The notes under the pieces: generated by a model
Databases searched by the model: none
The model's input: the letters and a program-made list of their open reading frames with translations, nothing else
Told to the model about the DNA's origin: nothing
From: Lama guanicoe
Taxonomy: Eukaryota
DNA: 64,000 nt
Reading direction: 5' to 3'
NCBI GenBank assembly: GCA_013239625.1
Contig: MU055785.1
Coordinates: forward strand, 6,076,001-6,140,000
In this document: one piece after another, positions 12,699-26,757 of the stretch
Numbering within the stretch: position 1 is the first letter of the stretch
Layout of the letters: each line of letters begins with the position of its first letter
Program-made: the position numbers and the translations under genes

Positions 12699-14929
12699 AA
12701 TGGTACATATTAAGGTTCCATATTCTTCTAACATTCTATATTCTTTAAATACTTGAGCATTCCATGGTATAGATAGATCATAGTTTAGATGACCATTTCT
12801 CTACTGATGGACACTAAGGTTGTTCCCTAGTTTTTGCCATTTCAAATAATACTGCATGGAACATCCTTGCACATACATTTTTGTGCCCTGTTGAAAATAT
12901 TTCTGTTGGCTAGATTCTGAGAAATAGAATTTATGGGTCAATGCAACATCTAATATTTTTCACAGTTGATAACTAGTTTCTAAGAAAAAAACCCCTGAAC
13001 CAGTGGACCTCTAAAGCATTTTGTCTCCCTGAGTGAGCTACCAGCAGCAGCATCTCACCTCTGACATTTGGGTACCCATTCTCCCAAAATGGGGAAAGAA
13101 CATAATGCCAAATTTGGATTGAGAAGACAAAAAGGACCGTCTTTATTTCCTTGGATTGGTTTTGGAAAATGTGCCCAGAATGTGACCCACAAACGTTGTC
13201 TACAGTAAAAAAGGACCAGTGGTGACATCGAGAGTTGTGGGGGTTCTGTTATGACATGTCAGGGCAGAAGTCCATCGGGGATCTGAGGCTGTCCAACTCT
13301 CTAAGAGCAGAACCTGAGCCAGACCTGACTGAAAAATACAGTCCAGGAATGACTCCCACAGGAAGTCAGAGTATTTGTTGGTGTTTTTTCTAGTGAATCC
13401 TTTGGTCCTGATGGCGATTTTAGTTTGGGGTCAGAGATATGCCAGTAAATGTTTAATAACCAGTTCTCCAGAGGGGGAGGCATCATTTGTAGCCATGCCA
13501 ACTTCCCTGGTGTAAATACTCCCAACCGTGGCTGATTTCAGACCTACCAACGTGATGTCTCTAACTTGGAATTGGGAAGAGATGCACTGGTCTAGTTCTT
13601 GTAAGCCAATACGAGCCAGCTCAAACACACCGTTGTTTGGGATTGACTTTCAAAAATTTTATGAATGGTGGGGGTGGGGTTACTGTTAGATTCCCTAGGA
13701 AGTGCCAGAAAACTTTTTTTCCATTATCAAGAAAGCAGAAGGGTATCTTCTCTTTAATGCTTAATCCCTGGTTAATGATTTTCACACTCATGCCTTAATG
13801 CAAATTCCCCCAAATATTCAAACACACTTTTAAAAGCCCAGAGGGAGCAGAGTGATTAAGATCAAGGACTTTGACATCAGAATGACCTGGCTGACCAAAG
13901 CTGCACCACTTAATAGCTTTGTGACCTTGGGGCAAAGTCACTTAACATCTCTGGGTCTCTCCTTCATCTGTCGAATGGGTTCCTACCTCAGAAGAGTCAT
14001 TGTAAGGATTAAGCAAGATAAAACACAGAGAGTATTCAGCCTAATGTCTGAGAACATAGTGAGTGCTCACTAAATGATAGCTCTCTAAGATCAAAATCCC
14101 TATTTTAAAGGGCAGTTGGCTTTATGACTATCAATAGTACCAGTGAGACTTAAGGCTAGGGAATAAACAAACCTCTGAGCAGAATTTTATCAACAAGTAA
14201 GATCCATGTTCACCGGGGACAAACATACAAGGAGACGGGGTATGCAAAGATACATAATCCAGGGAACAACCAGGGAAGTACCAAGTCTTCAGTTCTCCTG
14301 ACTCTGCTTTTCTGAGTTCCCACCATCAAGCAGCTAGCATCTTCTGTTACAAACCTGAGTTTATAAACCCTGAGTCCTGACACCCACCATGCATCTTCCA
14401 AAAGGAAAACACCCATCCTCCGGGACCTGTAGATCCCAGAGGTTTTGTTTCTAGTTAGGCATAATGATGGCCGTAGAACCGATCCCGGCCCCCTCTGGAT
14501 TTTGTAGCAAGAAAACGGGGTGATTCAATACCTCATAGTGGGCTTTCTACAGGCAGCAAAACTTTACTAACTGGCAGCGAGCATGCTACAGGCACTTTGT
14601 TCGTTCCCATATTTGGATGGATTGGCGGATGGTTGGGTAAATGGACAGATGACAGATTTTAGGATGTCATTCTGAGTTACATCTGAGTCTCTGCTTTATT
14701 TAGAAAAAAAAAAAGTCTTCCCAATTTCATCATGTGGCAATTCAAACACATTATCTTTTCTCAGCATCCTCATTAGTTCTGTTGCTGGCAGGAGAGTGTA
14801 GTTCAATTGACAAGATGATCGGGTCCACAACAGAGCAGAAACTGAGACTTCAATAATGAATGTGCTAATTACCCTTCTCTGAGAGATGGAAGCCTCTATT
14901 CAGGCAAAGTCAGACTTGTTTTATATATC

Positions 14930-15280
14930 AAGGCCCATAGATTTTTATTCAAAACTCTGGGACCAGCTGCATTTCGAAATTCTGATTTTTTTTCTTCTTC
15001 TTTTTTTGGGGGCATTTTAGAAAAGAAATATGGGGCGTATTTTATATAGAGCATCATACTCCCAGAGGGGACTAGGGCAGCATCCTCTCATCAAATGTAT
15101 TTCTGCAGGAAAAAAAAAAAAGGAATGAGTATTTACAACTAAGTGGATACTCAGGGTAAAGAAGGGTCATCAGTAGCCTCTCATCAGATCAGTTTTGCCA
15201 CCAAATATGTTATTACATTTTTTTTTGGCTTTCAAGATCCTTTGGGTTTTGGAATTAGATATGGGAATGTGAACTTGTAT
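14930..15280. mobile_element. MER46C-like TcMar-Tigger MITE; inverted second copy at about 19305-19645
   Basis: Shared motifs cagttttgccaccaaat / tttgcagcaaaatctga and gggcagcatcc / gggtgctg. Confidence 0.6.
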
Positions 15281-17428
15281 TGGTATTATTCTTATTGGAG
15301 ACTAAATTTCCAAGGACTGACTAGAAACGAGTGGATCTTTGCAGAGACGCAGACAAGACCAGGTGTAAGCAAGCGCTACAAGCCTTAGTGACACCTCTCC
15401 CCAGTGGTGCTCATCTCCGCCCCAGAGAAGGATCAGGGCAGACCCCTGACCAAAGAGGGGAGTAAAGGGTTACCGACTTACCTTCCAGGCAGGGGGAAGG
15501 AGCTGTTCCAACAGCCTCGAGTCTTCGTAGTCAGAGATAATCCCGTGCTCTCTCCCGGAGCTGCGTGAGCATCACAGTCATGTGTGTCCTGTGGCCTCCG
15601 GCTGTCCCAGAGAGACACCACTGGACCCACTCTTAACTGGGGAGTCCAGGATATAATCCTGCCTTTCATTAAGACAGTCCAGTCACTCAAGGGCTGGGCT
15701 TCCCAGCCACAAAGACCCCACCCCTCCTTTAGAAAGATTAAAGATGACTTTCTGTATATAAAACATTTCAAATAGGACACAGACACCTAAATCCAACAAC
15801 TGTATTATAAAGAAAATAGCTGGCATCTGAGTGCTTTCTGTGTCAAGCACTGCTCTGGATTTATGACCTCATTTGAGCCTCATTCTGCTTTATGGAAAAG
15901 GAAACAGAGGCATGGAGAATTGAAGTAAGTAAGTTATGCAAGTTACATATGTAACTAAGTTACACAGCTAATAGAAGTCAGAATTTGAACCCAGGTAGCC
16001 CAGCTGCAAAGCATGTGCACTTAACCACTAAATGATTATTTCCTCTTTTTCTAGCTTAAGTCCTGTCTTCACTTAACTTAGGGAGCAATCTGGTGTCAAA
16101 AAAGAATAACTCATTATAAAGTAATATTTGCCAGGACACAAAAGGGACCCCAACTAACTAAGATCATATGATATATAAATATATAATTTCCTTTTTTTTT
16201 TTCTAAGAAAAAGACCACTCTATACTTACTGCTTTGCAACTAAATGTTTGTTATTTAATTTAATATACAGGGAACATCTCTCCATGTTAAAACCTCTTTT
16301 AATGACTGTGGAGTTTATCAACATACTTAAGCAATTCCCCCAAGATCTTTGAGTGTTTGCTAGAATGTCACTCTCACAAAAAAAAAAAAAGCAACATTGT
16401 TCTGAACAACACACTTCATAGCAATTCTTACACCTAAGTTGTTTTCCCCTTGTCATGTGTCCTCTCCACCCCGCCCCCTCACCTCCCTTACACTCCGAAG
16501 GTCTCATTTTCCTCAAAACTACCTTTTCTCAAGCTCTACTGGGAATACACTCATGAAGAAAACAGACAAGGTCCCTGCTTTCTGGAGCTTCTATCCTAGG
16601 GGAGATGGGGGAGCAACAGATAATAAACATATAATAATCAAGATACTTCGAGATAGTGTTAAGTGTCATGAAGAAATTGACAGGATGATATGACAGTGAC
16701 AAGGTCGAGGGGCGACTTTTAAATTGGGTCATCAGGGGAAGACGCACACAGAAGGTGACATTTGAGTGAAGTGTCTGGTTCTCCCTGCACTGATTTAACT
16801 GCGTCATCCCTCCATCCTGTACGCGGGTGGACATCTCTGCAGGAGTGGGGCAACGTGGCAGGATCTGAGCATCTATCCCTCGGGAGGTAGGATGAGCCAC
16901 CCAGCATGGGAGATCCTGAGAGCTTTCATCTCTGTCCCTTCCCTGGTGCAAAATCAGCAGTTACCTCTGTTCTCCATCTCAGTCGTGGACACGTGAACAT
17001 GTCCTAAACCAGCCAACAGGTTTTTCCACCTGAGAAGTAAATGCAGATTCGGAAAGAGAGAGTGAAGGATTTGAGAAAATTACTCTGCCACTGTGGATAG
17101 ATGTCTTCAAGTGACTACGAGGAACAAAATGTGCTTGGCAGGCACAGTTAAAAGAGATACAATGGTGCTTGATGACTTCTTCCCTTGATTTCTAGCAAAT
17201 AGAATCCCCCAGAAGGCTTCAGTGGGGAGAAACTATGGTCTGAAAATCATAGCCACTTCGTCCCCACAGATCTGCCCTGGTGCCTCCTTCCCCATCATGA
17301 GGCCCTCCTTCAAAGCCACACCATGATCTCTGTCGGAAATAAAAGTGTGCTGTCAATAACTCAACTATTCTCAGTTCTCTATACAAGGTACCCTGCCAAG
17401 CTCTTAACAAGCCCCATTACATTGCATC

Positions 17429-17523
17429 TTTTTTTTTCCTTCTGATGGACGTACTGGGGATTGAACCCAGGACCTCGAGCATACCGAGCATGTGCTCTAC
17501 CACTGAGCTATTTCCCTCCCCCT
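17429..17523 (-). mobile_element. Camelid tRNA-derived SINE (Vic-1-like); TSD CATTGCATC
   Basis: Reverse complement of tagctcagtggtagagc...gggttcaatccccagtac plus A tail; TSD at 17420-17428 and 17524-17532. Confidence 0.85.
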
Positions 17524-19702
17524 CATTGCATCCTCACTGTAATTATCCTCTGGCTTAGTTAATATTTCCCCATGTTATAGAAAAGGATTCTGAGGCTCAG
17601 AGGAGCTAAACATTACACAAACTCGCATGTCCAGGAAGCTGCAGGGCAGGTGAAGGGCTCAAACAGCTGGTCCACCTGATTCTTAAGCCCACTGTTAACC
17701 GCGAAGATACACCCCTTTTCCTGGTTCTGATGCTCGGAGAGACTTGCCTGAGGTCACACAGACAGTAAATCTCACAGAGACATGGGTTAGGTAAGCTAAA
17801 TTAAGCTGCTGTCATGAACAAGCCCCAAATCTCAGCCGCTTAATGCGACATAAGTTCATTTCTTGCTCCCCTTTTACATGTCATCGACATGGGATCCTGC
17901 TCATCATAGTCACTCAAAGGACACGTGCTGATTGGAGCTCCATCTCATCACAAGTTTCCTGGTCTACGCAGCAGAAAAGGGAATCCGACCTGAGCACTGG
18001 CCCTAAGAGCCACAGGTGACTTTCACTCATGGATTTTTAAACAAAGCAAGTCACAGCGCTAACACCCGACTTCAAGGAGCCGGGAAGACCTGGGACCTTT
18101 CTGTGGGTGAACGGCACTGACTAGTCCTCCAGGTGGTGGGAAGGAACGCCGACTCGCTCGCCCTCCTGGGACCAGGTGTGTGTCGTCAGTCCGCTGTGGA
18201 CCACGACACGGGTGATGTTCTTTCCTCCTTGCCACTGATACTGCTCTTTGGCTTATTTGCTACTGAAAATGCAACATCAGAGAGACCGAGTCTGTCTAAC
18301 CAGGCCCTTTCTTTATCAATGGTTTTGCAAGAGCGATGCTCAGGGCCTTTTGAGATCTCTGGGAAGCTCGCATTTTGCATTTTTAGCTCATTTAACCTGC
18401 TGCTTGAAGTCGCAGTAGATTTCGGGTCGTCTTGGAAGTCTGCGTGAACGGAAAAGCCTCCATCTTCCTGGTTGGGTCTGAATATTTAAGATTTTTGAAA
18501 GCGTGGCCAGGACCAGATTTAATTTTAAAGGGCGGAGGTGGGTTGCTTTTGAAGTTCAAGAAGGCTGGAGGCACAGCAGGGGCTGCGTTAGCAAAAGGAA
18601 AAAGCAAGAAAAGCCCTGTGGTCTTGAAAGAAACGCTCCAAAGCGGGAAGCGCTCAGGCTTCCAGTTGGTGAGCCTTAAATCAGACTTCAGAAGTGCCGC
18701 CCGTTTAAATATTGTTTGTAGAACTAAAGTATCGCTGCTCCTTCCTCTGGCTGGATTTTAAATATTCCCTAATTTGATTACTCGGGAGTGAGGCAGGCAG
18801 AACCAAAGTCAAATGAGCTTCACCGTTAATTATTCAGAGGGCTTTTTATTGTGTAATCAAACATTAAGTCTTACAAGAAGCTCAGAGGCACATTCTCACC
18901 CCGCCCTCCCCAGCCCAACTTTCACCTTGGCGTCTGTGGGCATTTTTCCAGTTGTGGCTGTGAACCGCTAGATGCTCCCTCTCTGAGCATCTTCCCCCAG
19001 CCACCAGCACTTGGCGGCCCCTGATAAGTCTAGACTTCCCCTGGTACCTCCCCCCATCAAACTGGTCTGGCCATCTCTTTCCCTCGAGTCCTTCCTCTAC
19101 GCTAAGTGACAGCCAACCAAATGATGTAAAGGATTCCCAGCCCTCTAAAATCCTTTCTGTAAAGAAAAAGGGGATAAAGAAAGACAGGGGTGAATAGAGG
19201 AAGAGATCAATAGATGGATCAATTGATAGAGCGTCAGGTAAAGGTAGTTGAGAGAGCAGACACTGAGTCATCCAGCTGACTTCTCAGCAGAAATCCACAT
19301 AGACACAAGGTCCAAATCCAAAAGGCTCTCTTAAGCTCCATTTTTCCATAACTCATTTGCAGCAAAATCTGACACGACCCAAACTGATCTGGTAGCAAAA
19401 CTTGACTTGAAGCTGTTCATGGTCTTTATCCCACCTAGCGTAAACTTTCAGATACCACTGCAGAAAAATTAAAGTGTGTGATTACAGGGTGCTGATTACA
19501 GGGTGTCTGATTACAGCACCCCGGGCCCCACTGGAAGGATTATGTTAACCTATGGTATACGCAGCATATTTCCATTCCAAAATGCCGAAATTCCAAATTT
19601 GGCAACACGTCTGGTGCCATGGGTTTCAGGTAAGGGGTTGTAGGCATGTCACCATCAAAACTCGCTGGGGCTTTAGTCTCACACCCAGAGATTTCCCAAT
19701 CC

Positions 19703-19815
19703 ATGAGGGGAAGATCCAGGTTTCGTGGGACCTGAAGTTTATTTAACTGGGGAGAGGGGCCCTTTAGGAAAAAGAATACAAAGTTATAACACAAAATTAG
19801 GTACAGGGCCCTGGA
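19703..19815. mobile_element. MER53-like fragment
   Basis: agatccaggtttcgtgggacctgaag...aaaaagaatacaaa...aattaggtacagggcc. Confidence 0.55.
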
Positions 19816-20303
19816 CAGGTTCGTTACAAATATGCACCTAGGTAAGTGACTTAAGCCCCCCAGAGTGTGTTTGCTCATTTATAAAATGGAATGAGTGACT
19901 ATATCACAAGGCTTGGTTGAGATGCTTCAGTGAGAATGCACGGGAAGCATCTTGCGTGTAGGTTAGTGTAGAGCTTCCACTTAATAAACTCCAAACCAGT
20001 GATTTGCGTTGTGTAACCCACCCGACAAGCTCCCCACAAGCCCACCCAGTCATTCTCTCTGCGTGTTATTCAGAAGCGTCCCTGCTGGTGGGGCCCTTAG
20101 GCACCAGCACAGGCAGAGGTTCAGAAATGGAAGTGCTTTTCAATTCAGCCCTAGGAGGAACCGCAGACCTGCCCTGGAGTCTAAGAGAGGATCCTGGCGG
20201 AGACCAGCCACCACTCATCATCTGTTTACTGCATTTCTTAAAAGAACTTGTAATAAACTGAGGCTCCAGAAAGGGAAAACTCATTAAGCTGTTTCTCACG
20301 CAG

Positions 20304-20394
20304 GGACCCGGGCGGAAGCAAGAACACAATAAAAAAAATTAATAAGGACAAGTCCATTGGACAGAGGTGGGAGCACTTCGTCACAGCGCCCAAG
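20304..20394 (+). CDS. CCDC60: CCDC60 coding exon (about exon 6; 91 nt): DPGGSKNTIKKINKDKSIGQRWEHFVTAPK
   Basis: cgcag acceptor, gtaacc donor, phase 2/0; in frame with neighbouring exons. Confidence 0.95.
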
Positions 20395-23300
20395 GTAACC
20401 ACCTGCACGCGACTCTGCTGGCTGTGTTCCAGCCCCAACTTGGGTTGGAGGTGTTTTTGCCAGTCTTGTCTCTGATGGGATTTTTTTCCTAGTTGGTTCT
20501 CTGAGTGAAAGGAAGTCAGAACTTCATGCTGTTGGATTTTTTGGGGGGGGGTTTGTAAATTGTAATTAAAATGGTTATCTGGGGATTGTAGAAGAAATGA
20601 CATTTAGCTGGACACCACTTCACAGAGAAGAGAAGCAGTACCTGGGATCTGCTTAATAAGATGTCTCCAGAAGGAAATGGACTCACCTCACTTTATATTT
20701 TTAATCAAAAACAGTCATTTCTCTGTCTCTGCCTCTCTCTCTCTCTTTTTTTTTAAACACAGTCAGAAAGTAAGAAGTGAGTGATTCAAAAGACAGGGTT
20801 TTCTACAAACTAGAACATGTATTTCTTATTAAGAGCACATCAAGAGGTCTGTTCTTTTCACTCAAAACTCCTCCTGACACAAAATTCGTATTCGTATCCA
20901 CAATTCGTGCACTTAAAAACAAGCGCCATAGTAACAGTGATGCTAGGGGTAGACAGCTAAAGATAGTTGAGAGATTTTTGCTGAACCACAAAATGGGAAT
21001 AATGCTGGCTTCTGCCCACTTCACAACATGACTAAAGAACCTCAGGAAACAATATGCAACCACCCACCTCACTTTGAAAATGTTACCATGCTGCGTCTTA
21101 TTGTGGTTATATAATTTTTAGAAACCCCTTTTGCGCAGAACAACAATAGGCCAGGGTGTGTGCTAGGAAGCTCTTTAGTGATTTTAGCCAGTTCTGTCCT
21201 CCTAATTACCCCATGGGGCGGTATTCTCATTTCCAGGTAAGAGAGCAGAAAGTTAGGGCTCAGAGAGGTTAAGTGATTTGCATGAGGTCACACAGCCGGG
21301 CAAGGGCAGAGCCAAGAGTTAATCCTGGGTCTGTGTATTAAACACTGAGCTCTCCAGAAGCATGTTCTCTGTGGTATTTCATGATTATAATTGCCCCTCG
21401 TGAAGTTTCAGAATTTTCTTGCTCTTTCATCAGGGCGCTTCTAAATCTGAGAAGAAGAGCCTTTGTTTTTATCACAGAAAGTTGCTATGGTGATATCGTG
21501 TGCATCTGTCTCCAGAGACGCACAGAAAAAGCAGCAGGAGCCACAAACCTTAAAAAATAATTTTTAAAAAAAGAAGTCCTTCAGGGATATTCACAACTAA
21601 AATGGGAGGAGGGGAGAGTGAATTACCGCACTTGAACTCTAATGGAATTGAATTCCACGGGGCAAGTTTGTGGCTCAAACTCTGGGCTGCAGTGTGGCCC
21701 ATTCTGAGGGTGGGAGTCAGGAGACCTCATTTAACCCCTGTGACTCAGTTCACTATATTGCATTGGGCAAGTCCTTTCCTCTCTCCTGACCTCAGTCTCT
21801 CCACCTACAAAATGATGACTTTGAGAGGCTCCAATCCACTCCCAACTGTTATTATTCTGTATGTGAAGCCTGTCAGCATCAAGGCAGTGATCGTAAGAGC
21901 CAGGCAGTTTGCATAAATGAAAAAAAAATCAGGCTGGATAATATGGTAGGGAGTGGTAAGGTCTGTGGCAAACAGGAATTCTCCTGCACAGCTAAAGTAA
22001 AGAAGCTCTACTTAGCTCTATTCATTTCACCGTGTCAGGATGGGAGCCAGGGCTTGTCATTTTCAAGAGAGACCAAAAACCTCAGTTTTTATATAAAGAT
22101 ATCCCCAATTTATAAAATTCTGGGCAACTACACATGTTTCCCCGTGAGCCACCAGTTTGAAACCTCTGCTTCTAAGAAAGTATAAGAAATCATTCAGGGA
22201 AATCTTTTCCTTTTGTTGCCAAAAAAGCAGTCCCTGCTAGCGAACACTGCTCCTGAGTGAAATACACAAAATAGAGAAGAAGCATTTGGGGATTTAAGTC
22301 GATTCAGAGAGAGTCAGCTCAATAAAGGGCAAGCAAGATGCTAAATCTGCCTGTCACATCTTCCCCCCACATTTTATTTTTCTGCCGCTCTCAATTAATC
22401 AGAAGTGTCAGCCCTTCACTTTGGATTTCCTGGCTGCGGCTGTTAATTGAATTTTAATTAATGGCAACTTTAGGAGCACAAGATGAAATCCTACCGCAAG
22501 GAGGATGCACACAGACCTCTGGGTAGGGAAAGCTCTTCTGAGATCACCGCAGCCCATCCTCTCTGTTGTACAGATGAGGGAACAGAGGCAAGGGAAGGTG
22601 CCTTGCTCAAGGACCCCCAAGGTCCCCTGGCTCTGAGCCCAGTGCTCACTGCAAGTCTCACTGCTGCCTCTGACACAATCTGTCCAGCCTTCAAAAGTGG
22701 CATCGCTCGAGGGAGTCTGTTGTCCAGAGTCAGGAATTCATATGGTCCCAGGTGAGACAGGAAAAGGCTACTTCTAAGTGTTTTATCCCCGAACTCTGCC
22801 ATCACCTCTCCCCAGGGTGGCAGGGCACAGAGGGGATCTCTGTCAGTCTGGCAATGTCCAGTTGCAATGCCAGGACAAAGGGGACATTGTATCAAGCTCC
22901 TAATTTATCAACAGTGGGGACATGCCAACTTTTGGCCTTTGCTTTTTCTCTATCACAGTCATTTTGCAACTCACATGCTTCCTTGGAGATCTGGTTAAAC
23001 TCACTTCAAACTCCACCACCCCCACCCCACCCTCTCCCCTGCCTGCAGGCTATCACATTCTGAAGCATTCCATCATTTATGTAGAATTTCACTGAAGGTA
23101 TGTTGGCGGTCCACAGAGAGACAGTATGTGTTAACCCCCCCTAGCGTTCCCCCACCACCCTTCCTCCCTCTTCTCCCACCCCCTCCTTGCCCTGTGCAAC
23201 CAAGAAATCCCTCCCCTCTTCTGGAGCTGGAAAGTCCCACCCACATTCAAGGTACCATGAGTCCTGCTGAATAGTACAGTTCTCTCCATCCTGTTAGATA

Positions 23301-24344
23301 TTAACTAAATGTTGTGTGGCCTTCAGTGCTACCTCTTCTCCTTATCTTCTTCCCTAGGGTCTCAGACACTGAGTTTCATCCAAAGAAGACTTCCAACTGC
23401 CCTCCAAAGGCTTTCAGCTCAGATGTTCTCAAATGAAATAGTGTCTGTTAACTGAGTGTACACGATAGCCCACACGTGTATTGAGTTCTTACTCTGGAGC
23501 TGCTAAGGGCCTTCTTCCCCACTGTAAACCTGCTGTTTTAAAGGTCATAAAGACTCATCAGCATGGGATCAAGGGCAATTTCGATGCCACTGAAAAAGGC
23601 ATTGCTTAAAGTATTTCTTATGCAAGGCATGATAATTAGCATAGGTGTCGGCCTGACCTAGATGTAGCTCCTGGGTCTGATACTCGCTGGATATGTGATC
23701 TTGGGCAAGTTAAGAAGCCGAAGACTTGGAGACACAGACACAGACACACACATGCATGCACGCATGCACACACATAACCTGTCCACTTTGACTCTTTCCT
23801 TCCAAAAATCCACATTCCCCTCACAGGACTTTCCCCACCTGCGCTTTTGACCTCCTAGGACTCATCGTCCAGGAGCCCCGCCCACCTCCATCATGGCTCC
23901 TCCCCAAACAAGAGTACCACCCCATCACTCTTGATGTGAGACAAGTCTGCCTTCCTCTCCTCCACTTCCTGAATTCATAGAATTTTCTCCATCCTGTATT
24001 CTTCAGAAATGAACACAAATCCCAGTGAACACAAATCCAAGATGCAGCTAAAGAAGTCAGACCCATCCTCCCCACAGTGTAAAAATCAACTCTGATGGTT
24101 ATTACAAAAGAAAAGTCAAAAACTGTTCTGGGCAATGGCAGCATCATGGGGATATTCGTTTGGCTTCCTGGAGTGACTACTTGGGCGACCCTGGTACTCG
24201 CTGAGCAGAAGTCTCACCACGCTCGCTTCAAATAATACACATGTATAAATGATCTCGATTTGTGACAGAAGGTCTCTCCAGACCCACATGTGTCTCATGG
24301 TGTTTGTAAAGAACAAAAAGGAAGGCACATTCAGAACCAGATTT

Positions 24345-24486
24345 TCACTTTTTTTCCTACTTTTCTTCCTTCCTTCCCCCCTCCCTCCCTCCTTTCCACC
24401 CTCCTTCCTCCTCATCTTCTTCCTTCCATCTTTCTGTCCTTTCTTCTTTCTTTCGGAAACCCCCCTCTCTTCTCTCTTTCCTGCAG
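24345..24486 (+). repeat. Low-complexity pyrimidine tract of about 140 nt before CCDC60 exon 7
   Basis: Almost entirely C/T. Confidence 0.9.
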
Positions 24487-24718
24487 ACCAAGAAATCCAA
24501 AATTCCTGTGATACGCGCCACCAGCCGCAAACCAAGCCGGCGGGGCTCGACCCTCAGTCTGTCTCGGACGAGTGGAGGGTCCTCCCCCCAGAGCATGGTC
24601 TCCGGGAACCCAGGCTCAGATGAGCCCCAAAGTGTGATCACCCAGGCAATGGGCAGCAAGGATGTCGAGGACAATGAGTCGTCTTCGACCAAGCCCGACG
24701 AAGAGCCTCTCCATGCCA
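24487..24718 (+). CDS. CCDC60: CCDC60 coding exon (about exon 7; 232 nt): TKKSKIPVIRATSRKPSRRGSTLSLSRTSGGSSPQSMVSGNPGSDEPQSVITQAMGSKDVEDNESSSTKPDEEPLHA
   Basis: Long pyrimidine tract plus ctgcag acceptor, gtaagt donor, phase 0/1; overlaps ORF 24508-24765. Confidence 0.96.
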
Positions 24719-26289
24719 GTAAGTCCTACCTTAGATCTGACCAGTCTGCCCTGAATCTGCCTTGAGCTAGTAGATGCCTCCCCTCACACACAAAAGTCCA
24801 CACACTCACACACAGACATGTACACACACATTTCTATTACTAAAGAAGAAAGGGGGAAGGAATGTGAGCTCCCTGCAGGTGTGGAACAGTGTCTTCCTCA
24901 CCTTCAACCTGGCACACAGCAGGTGCTCAGCCATGGCCAGGAGATGCGTTTCCACCAGAGACCTACACCCCAGAGAGAAAGCCCGTCTACCTCCGCTCTC
25001 TCACCCTTTCCCTCTGTTCATACTTTAACCTCCAGTGCATCTGTCAGAGCCTTGACAAAAGTTGATTAATTTCCCAGACTCTCATTGCCTTCTAAAACCT
25101 CCTCAAATTGATTCTGAATTCACGAGTCCTATTCTGAGAGACGTCCCATTTGACCAAGGTCTAATTTCCAGGGCTGGCGTCATAATGAAGTCTTTGTGGA
25201 TGCAAATTACTGGGAACAGCAGGTCGTGGCCTCCCTGTGGACTGGTCCCCTCCCAAATCAATGGGAAATGGAGGAAGGAAGTCAGAATTTTTTCTTTAAG
25301 GGTGTGATTTGGCATCTGGTAACAGGATGCTGTGAGCTCTGAGCATTGCACATGGCATCCCCATCACCCTGGAAACTGGGACGTAAGCAGGTTCCCCCGA
25401 GTGTAGGCGCCCATCACAGGTCTCTCTTCCTTGGGGAAACTCTATTCCTGCCCAGAGGCATTATCAGCAAGCAGGAAAGAAACCCTGCTGCATTAATTGA
25501 AATATGGTGCCTTATACGTGATTCTCTAGGAGGGCTGCCCAGTGTGCCAAGCCACTCGGTTCATCTGCTGGGATCCACCCACAGGGATGGTTTGGGGCAG
25601 GAGTTGGGGAGCAGTCGGATGTTGCTGCTAGGTTCCCAGGAGAAGAGAAAAAGGTAGAGGAAGTAGCTTCCGTGCCTTCTCTAATGGGCTTCCGGGCCCC
25701 CCCCCAAGGATTCTGGGATGTGTGGCAGTAGAGGAGGTGGGCATGACAAGACAGAAATGCAGGTCAGATTCAGGTCAAATGGAGTCACGCCCAAAAGTTA
25801 CTAGAAAGATAAACTACTTGAGGGGGAGGAAGGTGAGTGGAAAACGGTTAAACACTGATGCTTGTCATAGCCTCGATGGCTCCCAGGTCACTAAGTGAGA
25901 GGTGCCCTTCCCCTGGCGCCCAGTGACTGCATAAGCAAGATGGAACTTACGGCCCTGGGAAGCGTCGGGCTTCCCCCTTCCAGGCATGGCTTTGAGACTT
26001 GAACTTGAGCTGACTACAGGCACCTCTAAAGAGTGAGAAGTGTCTGCATTGGCTTTGTCCTCCTTCACTGATTTTCCAGACCTCGCTCATAGTCTCCCAC
26101 ATCCTTCCTACTTTTTTTCACTTATTTATTCAGCTAGTGTGGACTGAGACGCTCGTGTGGCAAGGACAGTACCAGAGACTTGCACATCTGTATCCATATA
26201 AAACACTTTGTACATCCACTCTCCCACTTCTCTTGAAGCGCATAGCTTACTCCAAATGTATATTATTTTCCAACTTTTGAGAGTGTCAG

Positions 26290-26757
26290 TGTATTTGCCT
26301 CCAGGGGCTGCCCTAACAAAGTTCCAACTTAAAGCCGTTTCCTGGCTTAAAACGACAGGAATCTATTGTCCCCCAGTTCTGAAGGTTAGAATCCACATCA
26401 TGGTGTCAGCAGGGCGACGCTGCCTCTGAAACCTGCATGGACGTTTCCTTCCTTGCTGTTTATGTCTTCTGGTAGTTGCTGGCGACCCTTGGCACTTTGA
26501 TTTGTGGAGACATTGTCAGGCCAGTCTCTGCCTCTGTCATCACATGGCCACCTTCTCCCTTCATGTCTCTGTCCTCTTACTACAAGGACATCAGTCATAT
26601 TGGATTAAGGGCCCACTCCACTCCAGTATGACCTCATCTTACTTACACCTGCAAGAACCCTACTTCCAAATAAGAATATGAATAATCCGCATTCTGAGGT
26701 CCCGAGGATTAGGACTTCGACATTGTCTTCCTGGAGGTCACAAGCCAACTCGTAATA
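26290..26757 (-). mobile_element. MLT1B/C-like LTR
   Basis: ggctgccctaacaaag...ttggattaagggccca...atgacctcatctta...ttccaaataag. Confidence 0.78.

Noticed and set aside
15941-15956. Perfect 16-bp palindrome AGTTACATATGTAACT
   Set aside because: About one is expected by chance in 64 kb (64000/4^8), and it sits inside a MIR.
19480-19520. Triple GATTACAG repeat; also a 21-bp tandem duplication at about 57197-57234 and (GTGTGTGGTAT)n at about 30350-30405
   Set aside because: Simple local slippage duplications without unique spacers; not CRISPR-like.
14930-19645. Inverted MER46C-like pair (and MER63-like pair at 10100/13432) as a composite transposon or dsRNA stem
   Set aside because: The copies are old, highly diverged and kilobases apart; independent insertions are the simpler explanation.
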